Assembly: GCF_009914755.1 (NCBI RefSeq)
Contig: NC_060930.1
DNA: 64,000 nucleotides
Source of the DNA: the human T2T-CHM13v2.0 reference genome, Homo sapiens
Direction: 5' to 3' (one strand)
The translations under genes were made by a program, and so were the position numbers. The notes beneath the pieces are model-generated. The model ran no database searches, was not told where the DNA came from, and saw only the letters and a list, made by a program, of their open reading frames with translations. The number at the start of each line of letters is the position of its first letter. Position 1 is the first letter of the stretch. Of this stretch, positions 1 through 22,936 are shown one piece after another.

Positions 1-412
1 GTCACAAGCCTCAGCTTCACTTCTAAGAAAACTGATATTTAAAGGATCCTGAAAATTGGAATGCTGCTATTGAAAAATTTGTAAACAATTGATTAAGCTA
101 TGTCTTCAAAGTTTAAGTATAAAAATACAAACTTGAATACTACAGTATTCTCTCCTTCTTGCAAACTAAATTCAAAGAAGGCTGAAAATATCTTAAGATT
201 TATATATTACATGTCATAGTGTTATTCTTGCTCTACGCTTACTAAAAGCTCAGAGAGGAACAAATATGTTCTCAGGTACATTTCAGTTAAGTGGCCCTAA
301 ACAACCTGTGTCTGAAATATTAAGTGGAACACACAAATCACATACCAAACTCTCACTACCTGACACCTGTCAGTTACTCCAAACTCAACCTACACATTGA
401 AAGGAAGCTTCA

Positions 413-860
<448 letters not shown>

Positions 861-1065
861 TTAAGAGGAATGACAGAAGATGACACAGAATATATGGTGT
901 CAATGTTATTTAAAGCTTTGCAAAATAACAGAGATTCAGTGAATAATTTTTATAGTGACATGAAATATTCTTAGAAAGACAATGATTAAAAGGAATTCAA
1001 GAAAGCAAGATAAACAAGAAAGTAAGATAAGATAAATAAAACAAACCAAAATAAACAAAAGATTT

Positions 1066-5489
<4,424 letters not shown>

Positions 5490-5490
<1 letters not shown>

Positions 5491-5929
5491 GACATGGTTT
5501 GGATGTTTGTCCCCTCCAAATCTCATGCTGAAATATGATCCCCAATGTTGGAGCTGGGGCCTGAGGAAGTGTTTGAGTCATGAGGGTAAATACTTCATGA
5601 ATGACTTGGTGCCCTCTCCTCAGTAATGAGTTTGTGTGAGAGATCTGGTTGTTAAACCTGAGCGTTCTCACGAGGAATCTCAGATTGGACTTTAAAAAGA
5701 GACCAGGACTTTCCTTCTCTCTCTCTTGCTCCCTCTCTCACCATGAGGCGCCTGCTCCTGCTTCACCTTCCCCATGAGTAAAAGCTCCTTTTGGCCTCAC
5801 CAGAAGCTGAGCAGATGCTGGTGCCATGCTTGTATAGCCTGCGGAACCATGAGCCAAATAAACCTCTATTATTTATAAATTATCCAGCCTCAGCTATTCC
5901 TTGATAGCAACGCAAAATAGACTAACACA
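5490..5929 (+). mobile_element. MST (MaLR) solo LTR
   Basis: Starts TGACATGGTTTGGATGTTTGTCCCCTCCAAATCTCATG, has AATAAA near 5857, ends GACTAACACA. Confidence 0.8.
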
Positions 5930-6093
5930 ACTTTCCTCCCACAGTGGAAAAACCAGTTTTCTCTCCATTTCCAATGTAATTCTTCTACTCCATATAAATT
6001 TGTGTTTTTTGACTTTCCCTTTAAACTGGTTATAACATCTGTCTGATTCCTTCACTGAATCAGCAAAATAAGATATTTAATCTGTATTCATTA

Positions 6094-8268
<2,175 letters not shown>

Positions 8269-8269
8269 T

Positions 8270-9036
<767 letters not shown>

Positions 9037-9387
9037 ATGCCTTTTCTTTTATTTACATCTTCTTTAATTTCCTATTAAAAAAATAAAAGTTTCTTCCTAA
9101 TTCTAATTAAGAATGTTCTTACCTTAGGAAAGTGAAAGAACTCTAGTTAGGGCTTGCAGAGGTACTAAACCAACACACCTTTTATCCCAACCTCAACCCT
9201 GGAAAGATAAAGCAAAGTGAAAGAAAATGCACAGCAAAATAGATATAATCCTGAAGATTTTTAAAGAATAATTTTTTAAAATTAAACATTATGCAAATAC
9301 GTGCCACACTTGCTTTGTCCATGCATATGCGCTATACACAATTTTGAAAAATACTGTGTTGTCCTCTTGTTTTAAAAGTTATATACA

Positions 9388-11220
<1,833 letters not shown>

Positions 11221-11736
11221 GTTTTATTTCTGTACAGCATATAATGCTGTTTGAAAGCATTACAAGTGTTGCTAAATTAGACATCTCCAAGGCATATCAA
11301 GTGAAAAAAGCAGAATGTAAAATAGTGTGTATAATGTTATATTTTACATAAGTAGAAAGGAAAAGTAAAATGTATTATGTATATTTGCACCTATTGCACA
11401 AAGAACACTAAGGAGAATACATAGGAAACTAAGAAGAATTGTCATATATAGGAGGTAGTGCTGAGAACTGAGCAGATGTGGGTTATGAGGAAGAAGAAAA
11501 TCTTCACTTTTAGTTACTGTTTATGTGAATGTATTAACTTTTCATATATATGCATATCTATATCCTTAATTTTTAATGGATCCTAAGAAGCTCCCTCTTT
11601 TTTTTCATTCTTACTGTGTTGATGTTGAAAATTATTGTCCCTCATTTTGAAACCATATTTCATCTTACACTGCACTGAAGAGAGGAAGATAACCCAGGAT
11701 AGATAGTAGGAAGTGTGGGTGGGTTAACAATTTCTT

Positions 11737-12090
11737 GTTTTGTTAGTTTTTCTATTACTTCCTTAACAAACTACCACAAATTTAATAGCTTAAAACAACA
11801 TCCATTCATTATCACACAGTTCTGTGCGTTATAAGTCTGGCAGGGTGTCATCAAACTAATACCAAAACGTCAGCAGGCCCGGCCATGTTCCTCATGGAGG
11901 CTCTAGGGGAGAATTCGTTTTCAAACTCACTCAGGTTGTCAGTAGCATTCAGTTCCCTGCAGCTGTAGGACTGAGATAACGGTTTACAGGTTGTTCACAG
12001 TTTCTAGCAGATGCCTGAGTTCTCTGGCTGGTGGCTCCCTTCGTTTTCAAAGTCAGCAACTACCTGTGGAATCCTTCTTATACTTAAATC
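11737..12090 (-). mobile_element. MLT1 (MaLR) LTR fragment
   Basis: AACAAACTACCACAAATTTAATAGCTTAAAACAAC...GGAGGCTCTAGGGGAGAAT...CAGCTGTAGGACTGAG motifs typical of MLT1. Confidence 0.65.
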
Positions 12091-12464
12091 TGTATATATC
12101 ATCTAATATACAATGGACTAAGTAGTAGGTACTCTTCATTAATTTATTCTAAAGAAATCTTTTTCAGTCGCTGACTTTGAGCTACTTACTGTTTTTGACG
12201 TGAAAAATCACAGCACTGAGCAAAACAGAGGGAGCCCCTTCCCTTTGTGATTCGCCCACTATGTCCTTGGCGCTGTTTTTGAGCCATTATTTACCTCATT
12301 ATTTATCAATATTGTTAATGTCATTTTCATAGCAACCCATGTTTTAAAATAAGAGAAGGGTAAAAATATGTTGGGAGGATGAAGAGTGAAGGAAGAAATG
12401 TAAATGAGACACGTGCCAGGCACACGGGGACCCAGTGACCAGACTCCAAGAAAGCGCAGGACAG

Positions 12465-12889
<425 letters not shown>

Positions 12890-13100
12890 TCAAACCTATC
12901 GCTTTTACGATATATGTTCAAAAATTGTTTAATGAACTGTAAATGGCTTGGTAAGGGCCGCATCGTAAATGGCTTGGTATGGGCCACATCGAGAACAGCT
13001 GTCAAATATAAGCCTAAGGCTAACCACGGATCTATTTTAACACTGAGCAGTTGTGGCTGAGTGTCTGGAGCTTGGCAGAAAGCAACGTCACAAGTCTGGC

Positions 13101-13173
13101 TTTTTCCCACGTAGACTGAACCCTCGCCCTCAAAGCTACAAACACAACAATTTAACCAACTGAGTGATCAACT
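13101..13173 (-). pseudogene. Degenerate tRNA-Ile-like relic or tRNA-derived SINE head
   Basis: Minus strand CTCAGTTGGTTAAA...GAGGGTTCAGTCTACGT aligns without gaps to the intact Ile-AAT gene, 38/56 identical by hand count. Confidence 0.5.
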
Positions 13174-13341
13174 AGGAGAAGAATCAATATGATCTCTTTC
13201 AAAAGCTTAAAATATGTCAAAATAGTATTATCTCAGAAAGTTTTTTTTTCCCAAAATAATACAAGACATTATCGAATTCTTATTTAACCCTTTTCTAAAA
13301 TCACCCACCCACCTCATTGAATTTCCTTTAAAAAATCTTCA

Positions 13342-13668
<327 letters not shown>

Positions 13669-13721
13669 CTAACTCGTATATTATTTCTTCAAAAGAATAA
13701 AAAACGTGCAAATCTAATGCT

Positions 13722-13975
13722 TGTCTAGCTATTGCGACCACATTTACAAATGGATAGGCAGCGCTCCGGAGTTGGATGTAAGACGGTAGTATACAATCCA
13801 GGTGTGGTCGATTTAAGAAAAAAAAAAAAGAAAAAAGAAAAAAATTCCTGTCTAGCTAGTGCAACTACATTTATAAATGGATAGGCGAGGCTACGGAGTT
13901 CGATGTAAAACCGAAGTTTACAAGCGAGGTGTGGTCGGTGTAAAATAAAAACGAAAAAGAAGAAAAAAAAAAAAA
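13722..13975 (+). repeat. Tandem duplication, period 127 bp, each unit ending in an A-rich tract
   Basis: 13722-13810 vs 13849-13937 align ungapped with 15 mismatches in 89 nt. Confidence 0.85.
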
Positions 13976-13989
13976 CAAACCCACGGAAG

Positions 13990-14063
13990 TGGCCCGTACG
14001 GGGATCGAACCCGCGACCTTGGCGTTATTAGCACCACGCTCTAACCAACTGAGCTAACCGGCC
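13990..14063 (-). tRNA. TRI-AAT: tRNA-Ile (anticodon AAT)
   Basis: Reverse complement GGCCGGTTAGCTCAGTTGGTTAGAGCGTGGTGCTAATAACGCCAAGGTCGCGGGTTCGATCCCCGTACGGGCCA; intact A/B boxes; oligo-T terminator (A run about 13963-13974 on +). Confidence 0.98.
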
Positions 14064-14329
14064 TCCTTGGTGGGAGGGTCTTTTCTTATGTTTATTTAAA
14101 TCATACCTGATCCATGCCCGCTGAATTTTTTTTTTTTTTGTAATAGAAGCGTTACTTTCCCTTTTATTAATAAAATATATTTTTTTTTAAGAAAAGGAGA
14201 ATTCCTCACTGTAGGCACAGGAAAACCATGCTGTTTCAGGGAAAACAATCTCAAACCACTGATTCTGACTGGAGAAAACTCAGATTCAACGACCCCAAGC
14301 AGGGCTTTCTTCCCCTCACCAGGTGAAGG

Positions 14330-14855
14330 ACTCAGAACAAACCAAAAAGCAGCTCCAAGCTTGCGATCGCGGCCAGTTCCTCACGGAACCAACCGCAGAG
14401 CCGCCGCAGGTTCGCAGGATCGGAGGGTTCGGAGGACTCGGAGGGTGCGGATTCCTCTCTGCTCCTTGAGACCATTCCAGCCAGGTGGGCTCTTAGGCCT
14501 GGGAACCTGGGAAAGTGCACTGTCTCGCCTCCTGGCCTCGCGGTGGTTCCGCAGTCACCAGGACCCGAAATTCACAGCTGTGCGTCCTAAGCTTGCAGCT
14601 CCACAAACGATAAAATCAGACTTGGCCCTGCAGTGCCGGGCACCGGGCCCTTGGTGATGCTCGAGTGCCGGGCTGGCATCGGCGTAAATGAAAGGACCAG
14701 CGGGACGGCTCCTTTCAAGAGTCTCTGACTCCTTCCGTCCCGGGAAGACCAAGACACCCACATCTAAGACAAGGGAAGTCACCATTATCTACACCAATGA
14801 TAAACGCCGGTATCTGGGAGGAACTGAGCCCAGGACCGGGTCAGGCAACTCAGAG
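14330..14855. promoter_or_regulatory. CpG-rich island-like segment upstream of tRNA-Ile
   Basis: GC-rich non-Alu sequence with many intact CpGs; GC-rich sequence resumes after the provirus at 23320-23460. Confidence 0.5.
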
Positions 14856-15240
14856 TGTTGGGACAACTAAGTCCCTCTTCAAAGACTCAACTTTCTTGTC
14901 ATAAGTTGCAAAAGTTGTACGTCAATCCTGCCTGCCCCCCGCCCCCCACCACACACATACACTCCTTTTTTTCGCAAATCCAGGGTTTACCCTATTTGCC
15001 AAAGTTTAAGTCTTAGCCAATCGGGATCAGCTTAGATTGTGCGGTCCAACCCCAGCCAATAGGGGAAGGACACAGAAACAGGAACTGCGTTAGGATTAAA
15101 AACTCCTTACCTCCTTTGTTTGGTGTGCTCTTGCAATTGTAACAGGCAAGGAGCACCCTTCTGCAGAAGTAAAGATGCCTTGCTGAGGAATTTTCTAAGT
15201 GAGGGTTTCTTTTGGCTACACCAAGCACTTGTTTCCAGTA
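14856..15240 (+). repeat. 5' LTR (LTR10-family, LTR10B-like) of HERV-I provirus
   Basis: TGTTGGGACAACTAAG...GCACTTGTTTCCAGTA; direct repeat of 22937-23319; two CCAAT boxes. Confidence 0.85.
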
Positions 15241-15245
15241 AATCT

Positions 15246-15263
15246 TAGGGACTCGTCCGGGAT
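15246..15263 (+). other. Primer binding site, tRNA-Pro type
   Basis: TAGGGACTCGTCCGGGAT matches TGGGGGCTCGTCCGGGAT at 16/18, 5 nt after the LTR end. Confidence 0.85.
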
Positions 15264-15294
15264 CCCATTCTCCTTCGGGAGGGGCTAGCGATTA

Positions 15295-15753
<459 letters not shown>

Positions 15754-16045
15754 TTAAAGTGTGTGAGTGAGACATACCACTGGGCGCAAGGCGAGTGCGG
15801 AGTCCGGACTTGGTTCCGTGGTCACCTCATACGGCTTAGGGCGGTTTTCCAATCAGGGGATTCCACCTACCCGCCAATGCTAAGAGGTGCCTAAAATTCC
15901 CGCAAGGGAAGCAGCCAATAAGGACGAAGTGAGTGCTCACGAGAGTGCAAGAAACCTCCAGTGGAAAAAGGGGAGGTTGAGCCTCTAAGACACGGGAGTG
16001 CAAGAGATCTCTAATATTATATATTAAGCCTCACCAACCTCCAGG

Positions 16046-17675
16046 ATGGGAAATAACCCCAAGTAAGACAGAGACTCTAAAAGGCCAAGCAGACAATAAA
16101 ATTTCCCTCACAGTCCCCTAGGCCTAATGTTAAAATACTGGAAGGATAATGAAAGGACCAAACACAAGAAAAGACAGCAAATGATAAAGTACTGCTGTTT
16201 TATTTGGACTAAGGAACCCATCCTCAGACCTTCGGTCTTTTGGCCAAAGTTTGGGTGGGACGAGGACTGGATATGCCAACTCCTGATCCAGTATGTCAAT
16301 GATAAAAGCCCAGTTTCTCAAGAGGAGATAGATTATGCTCTATGTTGGAGACAAGGACCTGTCCTTCTCTATCCCTTAAAGGACGAAAAAGCAAAGCCAA
16401 ACTCAAAACCCCCCAAAGACGACCTAGCTAAGTCATATTCTATATCCAAAGATGCACGGGATCCTCTAGACCACCTTCCCCTGCCTACCTCTCCGCCCCG
16501 ACTGAACAACAGCCCTTCCCGCACCTACCCCTCTGCCCCAAGCTAAAACTCCGTCCCTCCCCCATATAACCCTGCCCCATGGGCCTTGACACCACACACC
16601 CCCGTTGGACAGCCACTCGAACATGCCCCTCCCTTAGGAAAGCTCCAGTGGCAAATAGAACAATGCCAAAGGGATATTCAAAACTTTCCTTTCCTCTCTT
16701 CAAAGAAGTCTGCCCCAACCTTTTTTCCCTTGAGGGAAGTACCACTAGGAGGAGGGGATATTGGCTTCGTAAATGCCCCCCTTAGCTAGTGAAGAAGTTA
16801 GAAATCTAAAAAGGAGACTCAAACCACTGTTAGATGACCCTTTTGGAGTCTCAGATCAAATTGACCAATTTATGGGGCCACAACTGTATACCTGGGCTGA
16901 ATTGATGTCTATTCTAGGTATTCTCTTCTTAGGAGAGGAAAGAACCATGATCTGCAAGGCTGCTATGATAGCCTGGGAGCGCAAGCACCCCCCTCGTCAG
17001 AATGTCCTTGCAGCAGAGCATAAATTCCCGGCCCAGGACCCTCAATGGGATAACAACAGTGCGGCTCACCGGGAAAACATGAGAGATAGGGATATGATAA
17101 TTAAAGGGATTCAGGAATCAGTTCCTCCAACCCAAAACATTTCCCAAGCATTTAATGTACAGCAAGAGAAAGATGAAGGGCCCATGGAATTCTTAAACAG
17201 ACTTAAGGAACAGATAAGAAAATACGCAGGTTTGGACATAGAGGACCCACTAGGACAAAGGATGTTAAAGCTCCACTTTGTCACCAATAGTTGGCCAGAC
17301 ACTATAAAGAAATTATAAAAGATAGAAAATTAGAAAGACTGTCCCATAGAGGAACTTTAAAGAGAGGTCCAAAAGGTATATGTACGGAGGGATGAGGAAA
17401 GGCAGAAGCAAAAGGCAAAAATTATGCTGTCCACCCTACAACAGGGAACTTTTCAACAGGCATCCCAGGGAAATAGAACTTGTAAACCTTCTGAGTACCA
17501 GGCTGCCAGACCCTATACAGGAAGCAAAGGGACGAAACCTGAGAATCAGGGAACCAGGAGGGGGAGAAGGAAAAACAGATGTTTCAGATGTGGAAAGCCA
17601 GGACATTTTAAGAGGAAATGTCCCGAATGGGAGAGGGAAAAGAAAGTCCTTTCACTCATGACATTTGAAGAACAG
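16046..17675 (+). pseudogene. gag: HERV-I gag, frameshifted and with stops
   Basis: ATG GGA AAT (MGN myristoylation start); MA motif SPLGLMLKYW..KYCCFIW..WPKFG; CA MHR-like QQEKDEGPMEFLNRLKE; NC knuckle CFRCGKPGHFKRKC. Confidence 0.88.
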
Positions 17676-20600
17676 TGGGCTCAGGGGCTCTACGTCTTCC
17701 ATCTTGAGTCCCACCAAGAGCCCTTGATAAATTTAACGGTGGGACCCAAATTGGAAATAGTCACTTTCCTGGTCAATTCGGGAGCAGCTGGCTCCTGCCT
17801 ATGTTTTCTCCCATCAGATTTATCCTGTTCAGCCGAAGACCTTACTGTCTCAGGAGTTAAAGGGGAAGGATTCAGAGCAAAAATTCTAGAGGAAACCGAA
17901 GTCAAATATAAGAATAAGTCGGTTGCTACTAAGTTCTTCTTAATTCCTGAAGCAGGAACTAATTTATTAGGAAGGGACTTAATGTTAAGGTTAGGCACAG
18001 GCCTATATGTTAATCAAGGAAAACTCCTTACTTCCTTAAACGTACTCACCACTTCAGAAGAAAGCCGCATCCATCCCAACGTATGGTCGAAAGAAGGGAA
18101 TCGAGGATGGGTTCCTCCAATCCATGTCAAATTAAAAACTCCTGGGGAAATAGTGAAACAAAAACAATACCCTATTCCCTTGGAAGCCAGGATAGGTTTA
18201 TAACCTATAATTGAAAGCCTTGTCCACGAAAACAATACCCTATTCCCTTGGAAGCCAGGATAGGTTTAAAACCAGGATAGTTTTAAAACCTGTAATTGAA
18301 AGACTTGAACCCTGTATGTCCCCTTATAACACTCCAATATTGCCTGTAAGGAAGTCAGACGGGTCATACCAGCTAGTGCAAGACCTCTGGGCTATTTACC
18401 AAATAGTTCAGACCATCCACCCTGTTGTTCCCAATCCTTACACCATTTTCAGTAGAATCCCGCATAACCACCAATGGTTCACGGTGACAGATTTAAATGA
18501 TGCCTTTTGGGCTTGCCCTTTAGCAGAGGACAGCTGGGACAAATTTGCCTTTGAGTGAGAGGACCCTCACTCCGGTCGATGGACAGTCTTGCCCCAAGGT
18601 TTACAGAGTCCCCAAATCTATTTGGTCATATTTTAGAGCAAGTCCTAGAAAACTTCTCCCTGCCTTCATCCATATGCCTACTCAAATACGTAGATGTCCT
18701 GCTCATTTCAGGAGATAACAAGGATCAAGTAACAGCAATTTCAGTTAACTTCCTAAATTTCCTAAGGGGACAAGGATTACGGGTCTCAAAGAACAAAATC
18801 CAATTCATAGAATCTGAGGTAAAATATCTAGGACACCTAATCAGTAAAGGTGAACGAAAGATAGGATCCGAACGAATTGAAGGTATCCTGTCTTTGCCTT
18901 TACCTGAAACAAAGCAGGAACTTAGGAAATTATTAGGATTGGTTGGATATTGTCATCTGTGGACTGACTCTTATGCCTTAAAAACAAAGCCCCTATATCA
19001 AAAACTCACTCAAGAAGGACCAGACCCCCTCCTTTGGACCCCATCAGAGATCCAACGGTAAAAGAATTAAAACACCTACTTGTAACTGCCCCTGTTCTAA
19101 CTTTGCCCTCCTTAGAACAGCCATTCCATCTTTTCATTAATGTAAGCAAAGGAGTGGCCTTAGGGGTACTCACCCAAAAACATGGAGGCCACCGGCAGCC
19201 TGTAGTCTTTCTGTCAAAAATCCTTGACCCAGTAACCCGTGGATGGCCCGAATGTGTTCAATCCATAGCAGCAACTGCCTTGCTAACAGAAGAAAGCAGG
19301 AAAATAACCTTTGGGGGAAACCTCTTCGTAAGTGCCCCTCATCAAGTCAGAACCATTCTTAATCAGAAGGCAGGGAGATGGCTCACTGACTCAAGGATTT
19401 TAAAATATGAAGCTATCTTATTAGAGGGAGATAACCTAACACTAACCACTGACAATTCACTCAACCCCGCTGCTTTCCTAACAGGAAATCCAAACCAGGA
19501 GGAATGTGAGCATAACTGCTTAGATCTAATCAGTTTTCAAACTAGAGTCAGACCGCATCCAGGCATGAAACCCCCTTCCAAACAGGGCATCACCTCTTTA
19601 TGGACGGCTCCTCCCAGGTCATTGAAGGAAAAAGGCACAACGGGTACTCCATAGTTGATAGGGAAACCCTCACAGTGGTAGAGTCAGAAAGACTGCCAAA
19701 TAAGTGGTCTGCCCAAATATGTGAACTCTTTGCATTAAACCAAGCCTTAAAATCCCTGCAGAATCAGGAAGGAACTATTTACACTTACTCCAAGTATGCC
19801 TTCGGAAAAGATCTGGACTGAACGAGGCCTCATCAATAGTAAGGGCCAAGATTTGGCCCACAAGGAATTAATTATGCAAGTGCTAGAAAATCTTCAGCTG
19901 CCGGAAGAGATTGCAGTTGTCCATGTCCCAGGACACCAAAATAACCCATCTTTTGAAAGCCGGGAAATAACCTCACAGATTAAGTAGCTAAGCAAGCTAG
20001 CAAGCTGCCTATTCCCAAGAGGCACCCATTTTCCATCTAACCCCTTGTCTTCCCCCTCCAGCTGTGATCTCCATCTTCTCCCACACAGACCAAGAGAAAC
20101 TCAAGAAAATAGGAGCTAAGGAAAGCCCAGAGGGGAAGTGGGTGTGGACAGATGGAAGGGAAATGCTGTCTAAACCCCTCATGAGGGAAATATTGTCACA
20201 GCTTCACCAAGGAACTCACTGGGGTCCTCAAGCTATGTGCGATGCAGTCCTTAGAGTCTATGGGTGTGTAGGGATATATACCTTCACTAGGCAAGTGGCG
20301 GATGGTGCAGAAAAACTAATAAGCAAACCCTAAAGAGGCAACCTCCCGGGGGAAGAAACCCAGGGTTGAGGCCGTTCCAAAGCATCCAAGTTGACTACAC
20401 TGAAACGCCCCCAATAGGCCGTCTTAAGTATTTAGTAGTAATAGTAGACCATCTCACCCACTGGAGAGAGGCCATCCCCTTCCCAAGCACAACAGCTAGT
20501 AATGCAGTCAAAGCCCTTTTGGAACATATCATATGCAGGTTTGGACTAACAGAGAACGTTCATCTGGAAAATGGGACCCACTTCATTGCACACATCATTA

Positions 20601-20992
20601 AGGGGCTAACCCAAGTACTAGGAATAAAATGGGAATATCATACTCCCTGGCACCCGCCCTCATCAGGGAGGGTAGAAAGAATGAATCAAACTCTAAAAAA
20701 ATCTCCTAACCAAATTAATCTTTGAAACCTGGTTACCATGGACAAAATGCCTTCCCATTGTCTTACATTGCCCTCGAATTCCCAGTTAACCAACACCAGC
20801 CTCATCAAAAGTTGGAAAGAGGGAAAGCTCGAACCAACATGGGAGGGACCTTATCTAGTACTCCTAACCACCGAAACAGCAATCTGAATGGCCGAAAAAG
20901 GATGGACCCACCACACTTGAGTGAAAAAGGCCCCATCCCTTGCAAAGTCATGGACTGTCGACAGCCCCCAAACTAACATTCAAAAGGGTTTA
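17676..20992 (+). pseudogene. pol: HERV-I pro-pol (PR, RT, RNase H, IN), disrupted
   Basis: PR FLVNSGA (DSG changed to NSG) and NLLGRDL; RT SPYNTPILPV, DLNDAFW, KYVDVL (YVDD changed); RNase H DGSS; IN HQGTHWG, IQVDYT, PWHPPSSGRVERMN, WEGPY; many frameshifts. Confidence 0.9.
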
Positions 20993-22919
20993 ATCTGTCT
21001 TTTTCTTCTTCCTTTAGCTACCCAAGGATATCTTATCATCAGTATAACCCAGTCACCCTCCCCCAAAACAATTACATTTGATGCCTGTCTTGTCATGCCC
21101 TGCAGGGATGTCCAAAGTGAAAGACAGCTAGCCTCTTCAGAAAAGTAACTTTGTCCCTCTAAGATAGACTGTACTGCCTACAAAACTGACTCTTGCACTG
21201 AACGGGCATGAATCTGGCATTAGTGGTTTTGCTATACTTGGGGAGATATTATATGGACTACCAAGTATCAGGGCTGGACCTCCTCAGAGGGTTGCACCGC
21301 CCTAAAACCCTACCTCCACTTCACCAAAGGAACCACCCCCTCTAATTGCCAATCTCACCATTGCAACCCAGTACTTATCTCTATTAATACCCCTACCTCC
21401 ACTAACCCTGCACCCACTTTAGAGCGCTTTTATGGCCTAGGAGCAGATATCACTGGAAAGGACCCTATAGGCTTCTTTGAAATGTGCTTGGTTCCTCCTT
21501 CTCCATCTTGTACCATTACCCCCTCCCACAAAATTAAACCATTTCTCGCTTCATGCCGAATGACAAAACCAAGTAGCTATAGTAGATGTCAAGGACTTGA
21601 AGCAAACCCTAACCATAGAAACCAGGTATCAAGATATAAATGCCTGGCTGGAACGGATTAAATATTCTGTTCGCACTCTAAATAAAAGCAATGGTTACGC
21701 TTGTGCAATGGGCAGGCCAACAAACCCAAATTGTTCCTTTCCCACATGGATGGGCCAACCAGCTTGGCATGGATTTTATGGTAGGCCTCTTCCAGCACCC
21801 CACAGCCTGGGGAAACAAGTCATGCACCACTCTTTCACTACTTTTCCCAAAGGTAAAGAGCCCTATGGAACTGCCCCCAAGGGACATTTAATCTCCAGCT
21901 CTCGATGCCAATTTTACCTTGTGTCTCTCACAGCAAGGGAAACATTTGACATACCTTGGAAACCTGACGGGATGTAGTGGGCCTAAACTTTTTTAAGAGC
22001 TAACCACTCAGTCAGCCCTAGTCTATCCCCAAGCAGATGTGTGGGACCTAGTCTATCCCTGAGCAGTATTGTGGGGGACCAACATTGGGTACACTGCCAA
22101 GCAACTGGAGCAGCACTTGCGCTCTGATCCAATTAGCCATCCCTTTCACCTTGGCATTTCATCAACCAGACAGGAAGCAAGTAACCTGAAGAAAAAGAGA
22201 AGCCTTTCACGGGTCCTTTGACCTGCACATTACATAGACAGTATCGGGGTCCCGCAGGGGGTACCAAATGAATTCAAAGCTTGAAACCAAATAGCCACTG
22301 GGTTCGAGCCTATCTTATTCTGGTGGTCCACTATTAACAAAAATGTAGACTGGATAAATTATATATACTACAATCAGGAGCAATTTGTCAATTATACCAG
22401 AGATGCCATAAAAGGAATAGCTGAACAGTTAGAACCAACGAGCCAGATGGCCTGGGAAACTAGAATAGCCCTTGACATGATGTTAGCTGAAAAGGGCAGA
22501 CTTTGTGTCATGATCGGGGTCCAGTGTTGTACTTTTTTATTCCTAATAATACAGCCCCTGATGGGACAATCACAAAAGCCTTGCAAGGCCTTACCACCCT
22601 AGCAAGTGAATTAGCGGAAAACTCTGGAATAGACGACCCCTTTATGGGCCTGATGGAAAGGTGGTTTGGAAAATGGAAAGGACTCATGACCTCAGTCTTT
22701 ACCTTCCTTGCGATTGTTACAGATGTACTCATCCTTGTGAGCTGCTGTATCATACCTTGTATTCGTGGGTTAACCCAAAGGCTCATAGAAGCAGCTCTTA
22801 CAAAAACCTCCCTCACCTTTCCCCCTCTGTACTCAGATAAGCTCTTGCTCTTAGATAATCAAGAAGAACAAAAAAAAAAAACAAATCCTGTTGAAGAAAT
22901 TTGAAGAGGAAGAACTATA
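20950..22919 (+). pseudogene. env: HERV-I env, disrupted
   Basis: Furin site RKR/EA (about 22190-22204), ISD-like WETRIALDMMLAEKG followed by CX6CC (CVMIGVQCC), TM anchor; start approximate. Confidence 0.85.
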
Positions 22920-22936
22920 AAACAGAAGAGGGGAAA

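Noticed and set aside
13722-13975. Repeat-spacer pattern as a CRISPR-like array
   Set aside because: Only two long diverged units in eukaryotic DNA, and no cas genes.
15246-15263. Idea that the provirus is primed by the adjacent tRNA-Ile
   Set aside because: The PBS matches tRNA-Pro (16/18), not the Ile-type TGGTGGCCCGTACGGGGA.
22503-22904. Env TM ORF as a co-opted syncytin-like gene
   Set aside because: Env is broken by many stops and frameshifts, including one right after CX6CC.
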